Positions 1 through 9,918 are shown, counted from the stretch's first letter. The stretch is 44,597 nucleotides of DNA from Victivallales bacterium (GCA_045639225.1 JAZUCR010000697.1:1-44597), one strand, 5' to 3'. A program made the numbers and translations. Notes: a model not told the origin generated them from the sequence alone.

Positions 1-2437
1 CTTCCTCGGCCATCAGGGAACGTGCGGCATCCGTCACTTCCAGCGTCACTTTCTGTTCCGCCAGCCGGCGGGCCAGATCTTTCAGCTGGATATCCAGAAT
101 CCAGATAATCTGTTCCTTCTGCAGAGAATGGAACACCAGGATCCCGTCCACACGGTTCAGAAACTCCGGTTTGAAATGTTCCCGCAAACGCCCCATCAGA
201 TCGTCGCGCAGACGTTCCGGATCGGCTTTGGACCGGATCTCCTCCAGGAGCATGTCGCTGCCGATATTTGACGTCATGATGATGATCGTGTTTTTGAAAT
301 TGACGGTCCGTCCATGGGAATCCGTCAATTGTCCGTCATCCAGAATCTGGAGGAAGATATTGAACACGTCATGGTGGGCTTTTTCAATTTCGTCAAACAG
401 AATGACGGAATAGGGACGGCGTCTGACGGCTTCTGTCAGCTGGCCGCCTTCGTCAAATCCGACGTATCCTGGAGGGGCGCCGATCAGTCGCGACACGCTG
501 TGCTTTTCCATATATTCCCTCATTTCGCTCCGAATGATGGCGTTTTCATCGTCAAACAGTTCATCGGCAAGGGCTTTTGCCAGTTCGGTCTTGCCGACAC
601 CGGTCGGTCCGAGGAAGATAAAGGAAGCAGTCGGACGGCGCTGGTCCTTCAGTCCGGCCCGGGCGCGGAGCACGGCATCCGACACCGCCTCCACAGCTTC
701 GTCCTGACCGATGACCCGCTGATGAAGTTTTTCCGCCAGATGGAGCAGTTTTTCCCTTTCGGTCCGGACCAGTTTGCTGACGGGAATCCGGGTCCAGCGG
801 CTGACGATCTGTGCAATGTCTTCTTCATCAACATCTTCTTTCAGCAGCCGGGTACCGCTGGAACTGTGCTCTTTGATCTTCTTTTCCGCCGCGGCGATCT
901 GTTTTTCGATACCGGGAATCGTGCCGTGACGGAGTTCCGCGGCTTTTTCCAGATCATATTCGCGTTCGGCTTTGGCCAGATTGGCCTTGGCGATCTCCAG
1001 ACTTTCCCGCAAGGTCCGCAACTGGCCGATGCTCTGTTTTTCGGCTTCCCATTGGGCGCGCAGAGTTTTCGCTTTTTCCTTGTATTCAGCGAGTTCTGAC
1101 GCGATGACCTCCATCCGTTCCTTGCTGGCGGCATCCTTTTCCTTTTTCAAGGCGGCCAGTTCGATCTCCAGACGCATGGCATGACGTTCCAGTTCGTCAA
1201 TTTCGACGGGGCAGGAGTCGATTTCGGTCCGCAGCTTGGCAGCGGCTTCATCCACCAGGTCGATCGCCTTGTCCGGCAGGAAACGTTCCGTAATATATTT
1301 AGTGGAAAGAGTCGCCGCGGCCACCAGCGCCCCGTCACGGATCTTCACGCCGTGATGGAGTTCATAGCGTTCCTTGAGTCCGCGCAGAATGGAAATGGTA
1401 TCTTCCAGACTGGGTTCCGCAACCATGACGGACTGAAAACGGCGTTCCAGCGCAGCGTCTTTTTCGATATATTTGCGATATTCGTCCAGCGTAGTGGCCC
1501 CGATGCAGTGCAGTTCGCCGCGGGCCAGCATGGGCTTGAGCAGATTGCCGGCATCCATGGAGCCTTCCGAAGCGCCCGCGCCGACTACGGTGTGCAGTTC
1601 ATCGATGAACAGGATGATGCTGCCGTTGGCGCTGGAAACTTCTTTCAGGACGGCTTTCAGCCGTTCCTCGAATTCGCCGCGGTATTTGGCACCGGCGATC
1701 AAAGCCCCCATGTCCAGGGCAATGATCCGCTTGTTCTTCAGATTTTCGGGCACATCCCCGCGCACGATCCGAACGGCAAGTCCTTCGACAATAGCGGTTT
1801 TCCCCACACCGGGTTCGCCGATCAGCACCGGATTGTTTTTGGTGCGGCGGGCAAGGATCTGGGTCGTCCGCCGAATCTCATCGTCGCGCCCGATCACCGG
1901 ATCGAGTTTCTCTTTCCGGGCAGCTTCCGTCAGGTCGCGTCCATACTTTTCCAGCGCCTCAAAAGAGGATTCGGGGTCTTCGCTGGTAACCCGCTGATTT
2001 CCACGGACTTCCTTCAGGGCCATCAGCGTTTTTTCTTTGGTGCAGCCGCAGTCTGCCAGCACTTTGCCGCAGGGACCGCCTTCTTCCAGCATCGCCAGAA
2101 AAAGATGTTCCACGCTGATGTATTCATCCTTCATCTCTTCGGCTTTGTTCTTGGCGGTGACCAGCAGTTTGCTGAAGTCGCGCGCAGGGTAAGCCTGGCC
2201 CGCTCCGGGACCGGAAACCGCAGGGATCGAACGCAAAGCCTGCCCGGTCTTTTCCAGAGTCAGGTTCAGATCGACATTCATTTTTTTCAGCAGGGATGGA
2301 ATGAGCCCCTGCTCCTGATTCAGCAGCGCATAAAGCAAGTGCTCCGGCCGGATTTCCTGATGACCGAATTCCAATGCCGTTTCCTGGGCTTTCAGCATTG
2401 CCTCACGGGACTTGTTGGTGAGTTTTTCCATGTCCAT
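1..2437 (-). CDS. clpB: ATP-dependent chaperone/disaggregase ClpB (C-terminus runs off the window start)
   Basis: Absent from the ORF track because the frame is still open at position 1. Reverse-complement translation reads [35 protein letters not shown]... It has two AAA+ modules (Walker A GEPGVGKT and GPTGVGKT), a long coiled-coil middle domain, and [31 protein letters not shown] lies about 8 nt upstream of the ATG at 2437; alternative in-frame ATGs are at 2443 and 2431. Confidence 0.93.
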   Translation of the reverse strand, partial: MDMEKLTNKSREAMLKAQETALEFGHQEIRPEHLLYALLNQEQGLIPSLLKKMNVDLNLTLEKTGQALRSIPAVSGPGAGQAYPARDFSKLLVTAKNKAEEMKDEYISVEHLFLAMLEEGGPCGKVLADCGCTKEKTLMALKEVRGNQRVTSEDPESSFEALEKYGRDLTEAARKEKLDPVIGRDDEIRRTTQILARRTKNNPVLIGEPGVGKTAIVEGLAVRIVRGDVPENLKNKRIIALDMGALIAGAKYRGEFEERLKAVLKEVSSANGSIILFIDELHTVVGAGASEGSMDAGNLLKPMLARGELHCIGATTLDEYRKYIEKDAALERRFQSVMVAEPSLEDTISILRGLKERYELHHGVKIRDGALVAAATLSTKYITERFLPDKAIDLVDEAAAKLRTEIDSCPVEIDELERHAMRLEIELAALKKEKDAASKERMEVIASELAEYKEKAKTLRAQWEAEKQSIGQLRTLRESLEIAKANLAKAEREYDLEKAAELRHGTIPGIEKQIAAAEKKIKEHSSSGTRLLKEDVDEEDIAQIVSRWTRIPVSKLVRTEREKLLHLAEKLHQRVIGQDEAVEAVSDAVLRARAGLKDQRRPTASFIFLGPTGVGKTELAKALADELFDDENAIIRSEMREYMEKHSVSRLIGAPPGYVGFDEGGQLTEAVRRRPYSVILFDEIEKAHHDVFNIFLQILDDGQLTDSHGRTVNFKNTIIIMTSNIGSDMLLEEIRSKADPERLRDDLMGRLREHFKPEFLNRVDGILVFHSLQKEQIIWILDIQLKDLARRLAEQKVTLEVTDAARSLMAEE

Positions 2438-2639
2438 AGTCATTTCTCCTTTTTTTATTTTTGACACTTTCAACTTTCATTGAGCAATTTTTATGCCATG
2501 ATGGAATTTCAAGGAGAAAGAGCATTTCAAGTGTGTCAATTTGTCACACATAAAAGACACAATCAGGCATCACGAAGATGATCTCGCGGGAAACGGATTG
2601 CATCAGATTCGGACAGGTCAACCGGTAAAAGAGACCGGC

Positions 2640-5507
2640 TTAGTCGTAAATGGATCTCTCATACTTGGCGGTATAAGCCAGGGCAGGCATGGCGGAAATG
2701 CCGACCGTAACAGAAACGTAGGGATTCCATTCCTTGCGCCAGCGCTTCTTCGAACTGGAATATTCCCGGTCATTGGAAATACCTGTCGCCAGAATCAGAT
2801 ACCAGCAGTGGAAATCCCGGCGGAATATGACACCCAGACCGTCGATCAGGTCTTCATCGATGTCGTAAGAAGCGTAAATCCGGCCCTTAAGCCGTTTGTC
2901 GAAGGTGGGGAAAGCCAGGCTGGCGCTTACAGTCTGTTCCCTGGAGACAAAACTTTTGAAAGCAGTTGTGGCATTGATCATAGCCAGAGTGCTGCCCATG
3001 GAATACACCGTCCGCTGAGCATACGCATCGGAATAGTTATACCGGATAGTAAGATTCCAGTCCGTGGCGAACTTGTAATTGAAACCGGCATTGAACTTGT
3101 TGATCAAATTCCAGCTCAAACCAGGCCGGCCCACATTCTTTTTACCCCGGTAGACCTCATAATCATGATCATTATTGTTGCCCACATCCAGAAGCAGTTC
3201 GGTAAAAAAGGACAGTTTGTCAGTCGGCGTGAAACTCAGAATCGTCCCCAAATCTCCGATATGATTGAAATTGTCGGTCTTTTCGAAATGGAAATCCCAG
3301 TAATTTTCCATGGAAATCCATTGATAAAGCCGTTCATTCCGGCGGGTTTGCAGACGATTTTGAATACCAAGCCGGACAAATGCCGTTTTTTCAATCTGGT
3401 CGACTTCATCGAAATAATAAAGGTGCTGATAATCTTCAGTGGGTTTCGGAATATAAACCAGATTGAAATAAGGCACAGCCACATGGCGGAGTCCGTCGAT
3501 CTGCCAGAAGGCGTTCCGCGGGGTCTGCCAGGCACGGGAAAATTTAACATTTCCTTCCAATCCCAATTCCACAGCAAACCGGTAGCGGGCACCGCCTTTG
3601 TCATCATAGTTTTCCACTTTCAGCAGATAATCGGGCCAGCGGTATTTTTCATCCACAGCATACATCGTATAGAGATCCTCTACGGACATAGCTTTTTTCG
3701 AGGATTTCGAATAAGCGGTGAACCGTCCCACTGCACGCGGGATCAAGTTCAGAAAACCGAAGAGCTGAAACGGATAATACAAGGCATGAAGGGTATCAAA
3801 ACGATAGGATTCATAATCTTTCGGGTCGTTGAAATAGCCGGAAAAAGCGTCCGGATCGACTTCCTTCAGATATTTGGAAGCCCCGTATTTGTTCGTAGGT
3901 CCGCAGCGCTGGACGATTTCATTCCACCGATAGGTCTGATTTTCTTTTGCCAGGATGCTGTAAATATTCAGGTTGGGATTCATGCCGCGCGGGAAATCAT
4001 ATTCCCGCCACCGCGTCCGGTAGTATCCGGCCGAAGTTTCACCCTGATAATAGATATTTTTGAAGAGCTCCTGGCGGAAAAAATCAAACCGCAGTTCAGG
4101 CAGCCGTTCCACTGTGGTGTAGAAATCATTGACCCGGAACGTTGTCTGCAGCGTGGCGGAAAAACGTTCGCCCTGATATTCCACCGCGGCATAAGACGGC
4201 GGCTGCACATTCTCATTGTAACGGTGTTCGAAGAAATCTTCGAGGAAATTGAAATCGCTGATCACGTCCACCACACCGCGAAAATCAAGGTGCGGCGTCA
4301 GATGAGTCAAATTCGCCAGCCGGAATTCATACCGGTCATTCGGCAATTCATATCGTCCGTATTGCGAATACCATTCCTTGCGGGTCCAGCCCGCCTCCAC
4401 CTTATTCCAGTCATCATTCCAGTAATTGTAGGGGTTGCGGTCCCGCAAGTAATAGGCAAAAAATTCCGTTTTCGAATTGGCGGTCAGAATATCGACCGAG
4501 GCGCCCAGCCCCAGTCCGCGGTCAGAATAATAATCCACCATCAGGCCCGCCCGGATCACCGCCGGTTCTTCGATAATGTCGAATTCTTTGAGGGTCCTCA
4601 GATAATATCCCCAATCCGAATCTTTACCGAATTCGAACCGAATACCGAAAGAGTTGGAATCTGCCGGTTTATAGAGGGCCGGCAGCCAGAAAACCGGAAC
4701 ATTCCACACGTTGATGAAATCGCTCAGCATCAGCAGACTGTGTTCGCCCTGGTCCGGATTGTAATTATGAAGGCTTCGGTTCGCTTCCCGCGGTTTCAAT
4801 GTCATAACCGAAGATTTGATCCCGTAATGGGCATTCGAATCCATCTCATATTCGCAGGTCGTCATCCGCGCGTCGAACATTTTGACGGTTCCATTAGGAT
4901 AACGTTCCGCCAGAAAACCGCGGAAATACATATACCCGGCTTTGATAAAGAAATTCCGGAACTGGAATGCTCCGGTTTCCAGGCTGCCCGAAGCCCGCTC
5001 TGCCGACAAATACGCACAGTTCGATATCACGGTCGCACGAATCGTCTGATTTCCGTCCGGACTGGTATTGATCCCCTCCGCTATAACTTTGTATACCGGC
5101 TGTTCCAGCAGTTTTTCGTATTCTTCCGGGGTCAGATTCCGTTGTTCAGATACCTGCGTCGCAAAGGCAACATTCCCGGCCGCCTCCAGGTCTTTGGAAA
5201 GCAGATTGACCGTGATGGCATCCGCGGTGACCTGAAGGTTTTTCACTTTGATCACGGCATGACCCCGGGCAATCAGATTCGAACCGACGTATTCATACGT
5301 GTCCGCACTCATATCGATATCTTCCCGGGTCAGCGAACCGATTTGAGGCATCTGGAAAGTATCTTTCAGGTTGTTTACACCGCCCAGACCGGTTATGCCG
5401 CCGGTTCCTCCGATCGCCGCGCCCTGCAGAGACAGCAATCCCCCCGACGCTGTCACCAGAAGCATCAGTATCAATTTGCTTTTTTTCGTCAGTTCAGAAA
5501 AAAACAC
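2640..5507 (-). CDS. Large outer-membrane beta-barrel protein, LptD/OstA-like (LPS assembly)
   Basis: 955-aa ORF with a hydrophobic N-terminal signal (KLILMLLVTASGGLL). An OstA-like N-terminal pattern follows (ADTYEYVGSNLIARGHAVIKVKNLQVTADAITVNLLSKDLEAAGNVAF). The remainder is very long and rich in Tyr/Asn/Asp/aromatic residues, typical of a beta-barrel, and ends in aromatic-rich strands. This is a family-level call by eye. Confidence 0.55.
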   Translation of the reverse strand: MFFSELTKKSKLILMLLVTASGGLLSLQGAAIGGTGGITGLGGVNNLKDTFQMPQIGSLTREDIDMSADTYEYVGSNLIARGHAVIKVKNLQVTADAITVNLLSKDLEAAGNVAFATQVSEQRNLTPEEYEKLLEQPVYKVIAEGINTSPDGNQTIRATVISNCAYLSAERASGSLETGAFQFRNFFIKAGYMYFRGFLAERYPNGTVKMFDARMTTCEYEMDSNAHYGIKSSVMTLKPREANRSLHNYNPDQGEHSLLMLSDFINVWNVPVFWLPALYKPADSNSFGIRFEFGKDSDWGYYLRTLKEFDIIEEPAVIRAGLMVDYYSDRGLGLGASVDILTANSKTEFFAYYLRDRNPYNYWNDDWNKVEAGWTRKEWYSQYGRYELPNDRYEFRLANLTHLTPHLDFRGVVDVISDFNFLEDFFEHRYNENVQPPSYAAVEYQGERFSATLQTTFRVNDFYTTVERLPELRFDFFRQELFKNIYYQGETSAGYYRTRWREYDFPRGMNPNLNIYSILAKENQTYRWNEIVQRCGPTNKYGASKYLKEVDPDAFSGYFNDPKDYESYRFDTLHALYYPFQLFGFLNLIPRAVGRFTAYSKSSKKAMSVEDLYTMYAVDEKYRWPDYLLKVENYDDKGGARYRFAVELGLEGNVKFSRAWQTPRNAFWQIDGLRHVAVPYFNLVYIPKPTEDYQHLYYFDEVDQIEKTAFVRLGIQNRLQTRRNERLYQWISMENYWDFHFEKTDNFNHIGDLGTILSFTPTDKLSFFTELLLDVGNNNDHDYEVYRGKKNVGRPGLSWNLINKFNAGFNYKFATDWNLTIRYNYSDAYAQRTVYSMGSTLAMINATTAFKSFVSREQTVSASLAFPTFDKRLKGRIYASYDIDEDLIDGLGVIFRRDFHCWYLILATGISNDREYSSSKKRWRKEWNPYVSVTVGISAMPALAYTAKYERSIYD

Positions 5508-5773
5508 ACCACACCTGAATATCGGATATAATTTCGAAACACTCTTTTATATCCGATAATTTATCACAACTTTGCTCTGTTTGCAAGGGAAAAAATAAAT
5601 ATTCTAGTACTTTATAGAGAGAATCCCGCCGCTTTTACCGCCAAATCCCGGAAAAAACGACAAATCAGACCGGATAGACATGGTCTCTCTGTTCGAAAGT
5701 GCTTTTTTGATTTCCCTGCTTGCTTTTCTGCCGCTTCCGGAATATATTTCATCCGGCAGCAGGGAGCTTTGAC

Positions 5774-6478
5774 ATGAGACTGGATAAATTCATTTCGGAT
5801 GCCGCGGCCTACAGCCGCAGCGAAATCAGAAAACTGATCCGTTACCGCGCGGTAACCGTCAACGGCACCGTGGCGCCGACGGCAGATTTTCAGGTCCGCG
5901 AATCCGATGAAATCCGCCTCAACGGAAAACTCATCCCTTATCGGAAATTTATCTATCTCATGCTCAATAAACCCGCCGGATACCTGAGCGCCGTCGAGGA
6001 TAAACACGATCCCGTGGTCGTCGATCTGGTCCCGGAAGAATGGAAACATTTCGAAGTGTTTCCCGTCGGACGTCTCGACAAGGATACCGAAGGACTGCTC
6101 CTGCTTACCAACGACGGTCAGTTCGATCATGCCCTGATGTCGCCGAAGAAAAAAATCATGAAACGCTATTATGCCGAGCTGGACCGTCCGGCGGTTCCCG
6201 AAGATATCGAATCTTTCCGCGCGGGCATGGAGTTTCAGGATTTTACCGCGCGGCCGGCGGTGCTGGAAATCACCGCCGATCCGTCTAAGGTGTTTATCGA
6301 AATCGCCGAAGGAAAATTTCATCAGGTCAAAAGAATGTGCCAGAAAGTCGGCAAAGAGGTGGTTTACCTCAAGCGGGTAAAAATCGGAGCCCTGGCTCTG
6401 GACGACTCGCTCAAGCCCGGCGAAATGCGCGAACTCACCCCGGCCGAGATTCAGCTGCTGACCGTGCCTGAAGCTTAA
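5774..6478 (+). CDS. rsuA: Pseudouridine synthase, RsuA/RluB family (S4 domain plus catalytic domain)
   Basis: MRLDKFISDAAAYSRSEIRKLI (S4-like), catalytic motif GRLDKDTEGLLLLTNDG, and GKFHQVKRM. The size (about 234 aa) fits RsuA. I moved the start to the internal ATG at 5774, where the S4 domain begins. Confidence 0.78.
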   Translation: MRLDKFISDAAAYSRSEIRKLIRYRAVTVNGTVAPTADFQVRESDEIRLNGKLIPYRKFIYLMLNKPAGYLSAVEDKHDPVVVDLVPEEWKHFEVFPVGRLDKDTEGLLLLTNDGQFDHALMSPKKKIMKRYYAELDRPAVPEDIESFRAGMEFQDFTARPAVLEITADPSKVFIEIAEGKFHQVKRMCQKVGKEVVYLKRVKIGALALDDSLKPGEMRELTPAEIQLLTVPEA

Positions 6479-6513
6479 AAAGCCGGAAACAGATGTCGTT
6501 CCGCTTCCGGCTT
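6479..6513. terminator. Hairpin between convergent rsuA and AIM24 genes (candidate bidirectional terminator)
   Basis: AAGCCGGAA ... TTCCGGCTT forms a stem of about 9 bp immediately after the rsuA stop. It is flanked by A-run/T-containing sequence in a 56-nt convergent gap. Confidence 0.5.
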
Positions 6514-6534
6514 GAATAACAGGTATGGTTCCGG

Positions 6535-7371
6535 TTATTTCTTACACTTTTCGAGCACGCTTTCGAACCCTTTGCAGATCTTCGTTTCGAGGTATTTCAG
6601 CTTGGTCGAGGCCGGACACAGATAAACGGTTCCGGTTCCCGTATAAGTGTTGACCAGTCCTTCGCCGGAAAGCACCGAAGCAAAGAGTCCCCGGGTCGCT
6701 TTCTCCACCTTGAAATCCAGCGAGGCCGACCAGATGATCGCGAAATTCCCGTCCACGACCAGTTTTTCGTTGTTCAGTTCGATCTTTTCGAGCGGCCCGT
6801 CGGATTCCAGAATTACGCGTCCCTTCCCCGAAACCGTAGTCTGATAAAGTCCGTGTCCGGAGAGCAGACCCGTTCCCAGACTGTTCTTCCGGATTCCCAG
6901 CACCACACTGAGTTCGGAGGCATAATATCTGCCGTGATTGATGAGCCAGTCCTGGTTGTCGACGTCGAAAACCGTATATTGTCCGTAGGTCGGTTCCAGC
7001 ACGAGTTCCCCGGTGCCGGAATAGATCGGACGCCGGACCGATTCCCCGGTCAGCAGCGCTGCTCCGATCCCCGGGCCCGATGAGGAATCCATGGAGATGT
7101 TCCCCTTGTAATAATACATCGCTCCGGCTTCCGTCTGCAATGCGGTGTCATCCATTTTCACATGGACAAACTGCATGTCTTCTTTTTTGATGATTTCGAA
7201 CGTCAAAGCGTTGCGGGCGGCATCGGCGAGCGCCTTTTCGATGACCTGCTGTTTCTGCTGCTGGTCGGCTTCCTTCTTTTCAGCGCGTTTTTCGCTGATG
7301 TTCTGTGCGGTCTGTTTGGCCGCTTCGGCAGCCTGGGCGGCTTTCTCCTTCAGATTGTCTAAAAATGCCAT
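6535..7371 (-). CDS. AIM24-family (DUF124/TIGR00266-like) protein with a coiled-coil N-terminal extension
   Basis: The body matches the AIM24 pattern: TEAGAMYYYKGNISMD, LLTGESV, GTGELVLEP, LLSGHGLYQTTVSGKGRVILES, VVDGNFAIIWSASLDF, LSGEGLVNTYTGTGTVYLCP. About 55 N-terminal residues are Ala/Lys/Gln/Glu-rich and helical. The start is set at the ATG at 7371, preceded by GGAGGG at about 5 nt; the track ORF starts at 7383. Confidence 0.82.
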   Translation of the reverse strand: MAFLDNLKEKAAQAAEAAKQTAQNISEKRAEKKEADQQQKQQVIEKALADAARNALTFEIIKKEDMQFVHVKMDDTALQTEAGAMYYYKGNISMDSSSGPGIGAALLTGESVRRPIYSGTGELVLEPTYGQYTVFDVDNQDWLINHGRYYASELSVVLGIRKNSLGTGLLSGHGLYQTTVSGKGRVILESDGPLEKIELNNEKLVVDGNFAIIWSASLDFKVEKATRGLFASVLSGEGLVNTYTGTGTVYLCPASTKLKYLETKICKGFESVLEKCKK

Positions 7372-7427
7372 TTTTCCCTCCATTGGGTTTTGATCTTCGT
7401 TCGCGTCTTTGCGAACGGAGGGAAAAT

Positions 7428-7473
7428 TAACGGCAGGGGTCTGTCATTTTGTGTCAGACCCGGTTGATCTCCG
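7428..7473. repeat. Intergenic repeat copy 1 with hairpin (GGGGTCTG..CAGACCCC region) between LRAT-like gene 1 and the AIM24 gene
   Basis: TAACGGCAGGGGTCTGTCATTTTGTGTCAGACCCGGTTGATCTCCG is nearly identical (2 mismatches by eye) to 8253-8298. It contains a 7-bp stem GGGTCTG/CAGACCC and TGTCA-N5-TGTCA. Confidence 0.85.
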
Positions 7474-7510
7474 ACGGATTATCTTGTTTTTTCGGATTGG
7501 AAAATGAAAT

Positions 7511-8194
7511 TCAGTAATCCCATTTTACCCAGGTCAGAGATCCGAGTTTATACTTGATCATGGTTTCAAGCATTCCGAACAACTTGCAGGGATTATCGAA
7601 CTCTCCGGTGATACATCCGCAGGTAAACTGGTGGCAGTTGTCAAAGAAAACATTATAATTCCTTCTGCTGCCGGCCATGGATCTGGCCCGGTTCGCAATG
7701 CTCTTTCTGCAGAGCGGTGTCCCATCGGATTTTGCCGCGTAAAAAATGGCTTCCGCGGGATTGTCGCCATCCAGCCGTGCAACAAAATCCTGCGGTGATA
7801 CGATCTCAATATTGCCGTCGCCGCTCAGGTGGACGATTTCATCGTCTCCGATATAGATCCCCGTGTGTTCCACCACCACAGCCAGATTGCAATATACCGG
7901 CGTACCGGGTGCGGGTTCGGAACAGGTTCGAAAGACTTTCTGAATCGGATTATCCAGTTCGAGTTTTCTTCTTATTTCATCAAGAGTATCGAGGGGATTC
8001 GGTCCACGCGGACCATCCGGCACGGGAAATCCCGGCCCCCGGAAAATACTCCCGAGACTGATCGAATTGCTGTCATCATCGGAAGCATCGTCATCGTCTT
8101 CCGATGTGTTATTGTCCCACAGTTCATCCCAGGCTTTTCCAACCTCTTTGCGGAATTGTTCGTTTGCCTCATCGAAAAAATCAAAAAGTCCCAT
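7511..8194 (-). CDS. LRAT-type NlpC/P60 (NC-domain) papain-like protein, paralog 1, with an acidic/Pro-rich N-terminal region
   Basis: MGLFDFFDEANEQF... followed by the catalytic signature EHTGIYIG, IVHL and NCHQFTCGC (the His / His / Cys layout of the LRAT/PLAAT family). The start is set at the ATG at 8194, preceded by AAAGGAGGATTCGAA. About 60% identical to the adjacent paralog across the catalytic domain, by eye. Confidence 0.8.
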   Translation of the reverse strand: MGLFDFFDEANEQFRKEVGKAWDELWDNNTSEDDDDASDDDSNSISLGSIFRGPGFPVPDGPRGPNPLDTLDEIRRKLELDNPIQKVFRTCSEPAPGTPVYCNLAVVVEHTGIYIGDDEIVHLSGDGNIEIVSPQDFVARLDGDNPAEAIFYAAKSDGTPLCRKSIANRARSMAGSRRNYNVFFDNCHQFTCGCITGEFDNPCKLFGMLETMIKYKLGSLTWVKWDY

Positions 8195-8252
8195 TTCGAA
8201 TCCTCCTTTTTTCGGATAATAAGATGCAGAGCTTTGCAATTTCCGGGAAAAA

Positions 8253-8308
8253 TAACGGCAGGGGTCTGTCATTTTATGTCAGACCCGGTTGATCTCCGCG
8301 GTTTTTTG
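8253..8308. repeat. Intergenic repeat copy 2 (hairpin plus a non-coding relic of the WYL gene 3' end)
   Basis: 8253-8298 matches 7428-7473. 8279-8308 (TCAGACCCGGTTGATCTCCGCGGTTTTTTG) matches 8926-8955 with 1 mismatch; the latter encodes the last codons and stop of the WYL regulator. Confidence 0.85.
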
Positions 8309-8326
8309 TGTCATACAGAAGGTTTT

Positions 8327-8842
8327 TCAGTAATCCCATTTCAGCCAGGTGAATTTGCCCAGTCTGTCCTGAATCTCCATGTTGACCATCCAGAAGAAAT
8401 TACAGGAATTTTCGAAGTCGCCGGAAATGCAGCCGCAGGTAAACTGATGACAGTTGTCAATGACCCAGTGATAATTGCGTCTCCTTCCGACCATGGATCT
8501 TGCCCGGTTTGCAATGTTCTTTTTCCCCAAAGCTTTTCCCGCTCTGCCGGCACAATAAATGGAAACTGCGGGGTTTAAACCATCCAGACGGGCTACAAAA
8601 TTCCGCGGCGAGACGGTTTCTATATCGCCATCGCCGTTCAGGTGCACGATCTCACCGTTTCCGATATATATTCCGGTATGTTCCGCCACTACTGCCAGTT
8701 TGCAGTAGACCGGGGTCCCCGGCGCGGGTTCGCCTTCCAGCCATGGAATTCTGCGGGGTTCTCTTACCAAAACGGGCGTTCGGGGCATCATACCGGGAGT
8801 CGGTACGCCGATAATCGGACCACAGATATCAAAAAGTCCCAT
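8327..8842 (-). CDS. LRAT-type NlpC/P60 (NC-domain) papain-like protein, paralog 2
   Basis: MGLFDICGP... then EHTGIYIG, IVHL and NCHQFTCGC. The C-terminus LGKFTWLKWDY compares with LGSLTWVKWDY in paralog 1. The 5' UTR and RBS are near-identical to those of paralog 1 (AAAGGAGGATTCGAAATGGGACTTTTTGAT). Confidence 0.8.
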   Translation of the reverse strand: MGLFDICGPIIGVPTPGMMPRTPVLVREPRRIPWLEGEPAPGTPVYCKLAVVAEHTGIYIGNGEIVHLNGDGDIETVSPRNFVARLDGLNPAVSIYCAGRAGKALGKKNIANRARSMVGRRRNYHWVIDNCHQFTCGCISGDFENSCNFFWMVNMEIQDRLGKFTWLKWDY

Positions 8843-8925
8843 TTCGAATCCTCCTTTTTCCGGATAATAAGCTCCAGCGCTTTGCTTTTTCCGGAAAAAT
8901 TTATCTGAATGGGACTTTTTTTATC

Positions 8926-9918
8926 TCAGACCCGGTTGATTTCCGCGGTTTTTTGCGCCAGATTACAGATTTTTTCCCGCAGCCATTGGGGCTCCAGCAC
9001 CTCGACATTGCCGCCCTCCCCGAGGATCCAGCGGAGCGCTTCCGCTTCCGTCGACGGCGGCAAAACCACGATCAGCGATCCATCCTCCTGCGGCGCGATA
9101 ACGAGCTTTTTCGCCTTGCGCTGCTCGTAAAGATAATAGGCGATTTCAGGCGCGCATTTCACGCGGATGTTTTCGATTTTCGGATAATTGAACAGACCTT
9201 CTTTCTCCGTCTGCTTCAGAATATCTTTGCGGATCTTGAACTCGAAACGGGTAATTTCCGCCTTCTGGATGCGGAAGATCGCCAGCACGATCACTTTATC
9301 ATCGGCGAGATTCACTCCTTTGAGATACCAATTGCCCTTGTGATATGCCACGATATGCGGTTCGAAGTCCCGTTCGGATACCTCGCCGGTGGAGCCTTTC
9401 TGGTAGACGAGATGCAGCACATGCCGTTCCCGCCACGCTTGAAAAACCGTGCCGAAGATCTCCGGCGGAATGGTGGTCTTGCCGCAGGAGGCGATCAGTA
9501 AGGTTTCGATATACGTCTGGTCCAGCAGTTCGGAATTGTTGTCCGCAATGGAATTGTCCACCGCGTCCCGGATCTGTTCCTTGATTGGCGACGGCATGAT
9601 TTTTTCCGCGAGTTGAGCTCCCAGCATGGCGGACATCACCATCTCATCGTCCATGAACGGGACTTTCAGTTCCCAGCAAGTATTGGTCAGAAAATATCCG
9701 TTGTTTTCCTGCGAAAATTCGATGGGTGCGCCGAAATCCTTCCGGAGCGTATCCAGATCGCGCATGATGGTGCGTTCCGAACAGGAGATATTGAGGTTTT
9801 CATCCAGCTCCATCTCCCGGAGTTTGCGTGTGAACGTGGAGGCGTTGGGATAGTTGTTTTTCCGCATTTCCGCCACAAACCGGATCATGCGCAGCAGCTG
9901 TTTTTTGTTGATCGGCAT
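8926..9918 (-). CDS. WYL-domain transcriptional regulator (N-terminal wHTH, WYL, C-terminal extension; BrxR/CapW-like architecture)
   Basis: 330 aa. N-terminus: QLLRMIRFVAEMRKNNYPNASTFTRKL...SERTIMRDLDTLRK (HTH). Central region: ERHVLHLVYQKG...ERDFEPHIVAYHKGNWYLKGV (WYL-type motif). The C-terminal region IRVKCAPEIAYYLYE...ALRWILGEGGNVEVLEPQWLRE is typical of the WCX-like tail. Confidence 0.85.
   Translation of the reverse strand: MPINKKQLLRMIRFVAEMRKNNYPNASTFTRKLREMELDENLNISCSERTIMRDLDTLRKDFGAPIEFSQENNGYFLTNTCWELKVPFMDDEMVMSAMLGAQLAEKIMPSPIKEQIRDAVDNSIADNNSELLDQTYIETLLIASCGKTTIPPEIFGTVFQAWRERHVLHLVYQKGSTGEVSERDFEPHIVAYHKGNWYLKGVNLADDKVIVLAIFRIQKAEITRFEFKIRKDILKQTEKEGLFNYPKIENIRVKCAPEIAYYLYEQRKAKKLVIAPQEDGSLIVVLPPSTEAEALRWILGEGGNVEVLEPQWLREKICNLAQKTAEINRV

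Noticed and set aside
314-2464. Plus-strand ORFs of 261 and 427 aa at the left edge
   Set aside because: They are antisense shadows of clpB. The real gene is missing from the track only because its frame is open at window position 1.
2444-2639. Heat-shock operator upstream of clpB (CIRCE or CtsR box); GTGTG-N9-CACAC and GTCAA-TTT-GTCAC near 2533-2552
   Set aside because: There is no TTAGCACTC-N9-GAGTGCTAA (CIRCE). The GTCA repeats are spaced 8 nt apart rather than the 10 nt of the CtsR heptad repeat. CTTGAA elements are present, but no convincing sigma32 -10 sits at the right spacing.
2541-5531. 996-aa plus-strand ORF, the longest ORF at this locus
   Set aside because: It lies exactly antisense to the 955-aa LptD-like gene. 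Its translation is a low-complexity, Ile/Arg/Gly/Phe-rich shadow with no motifs, whereas the minus-strand product has a signal peptide and an OstA-like domain.
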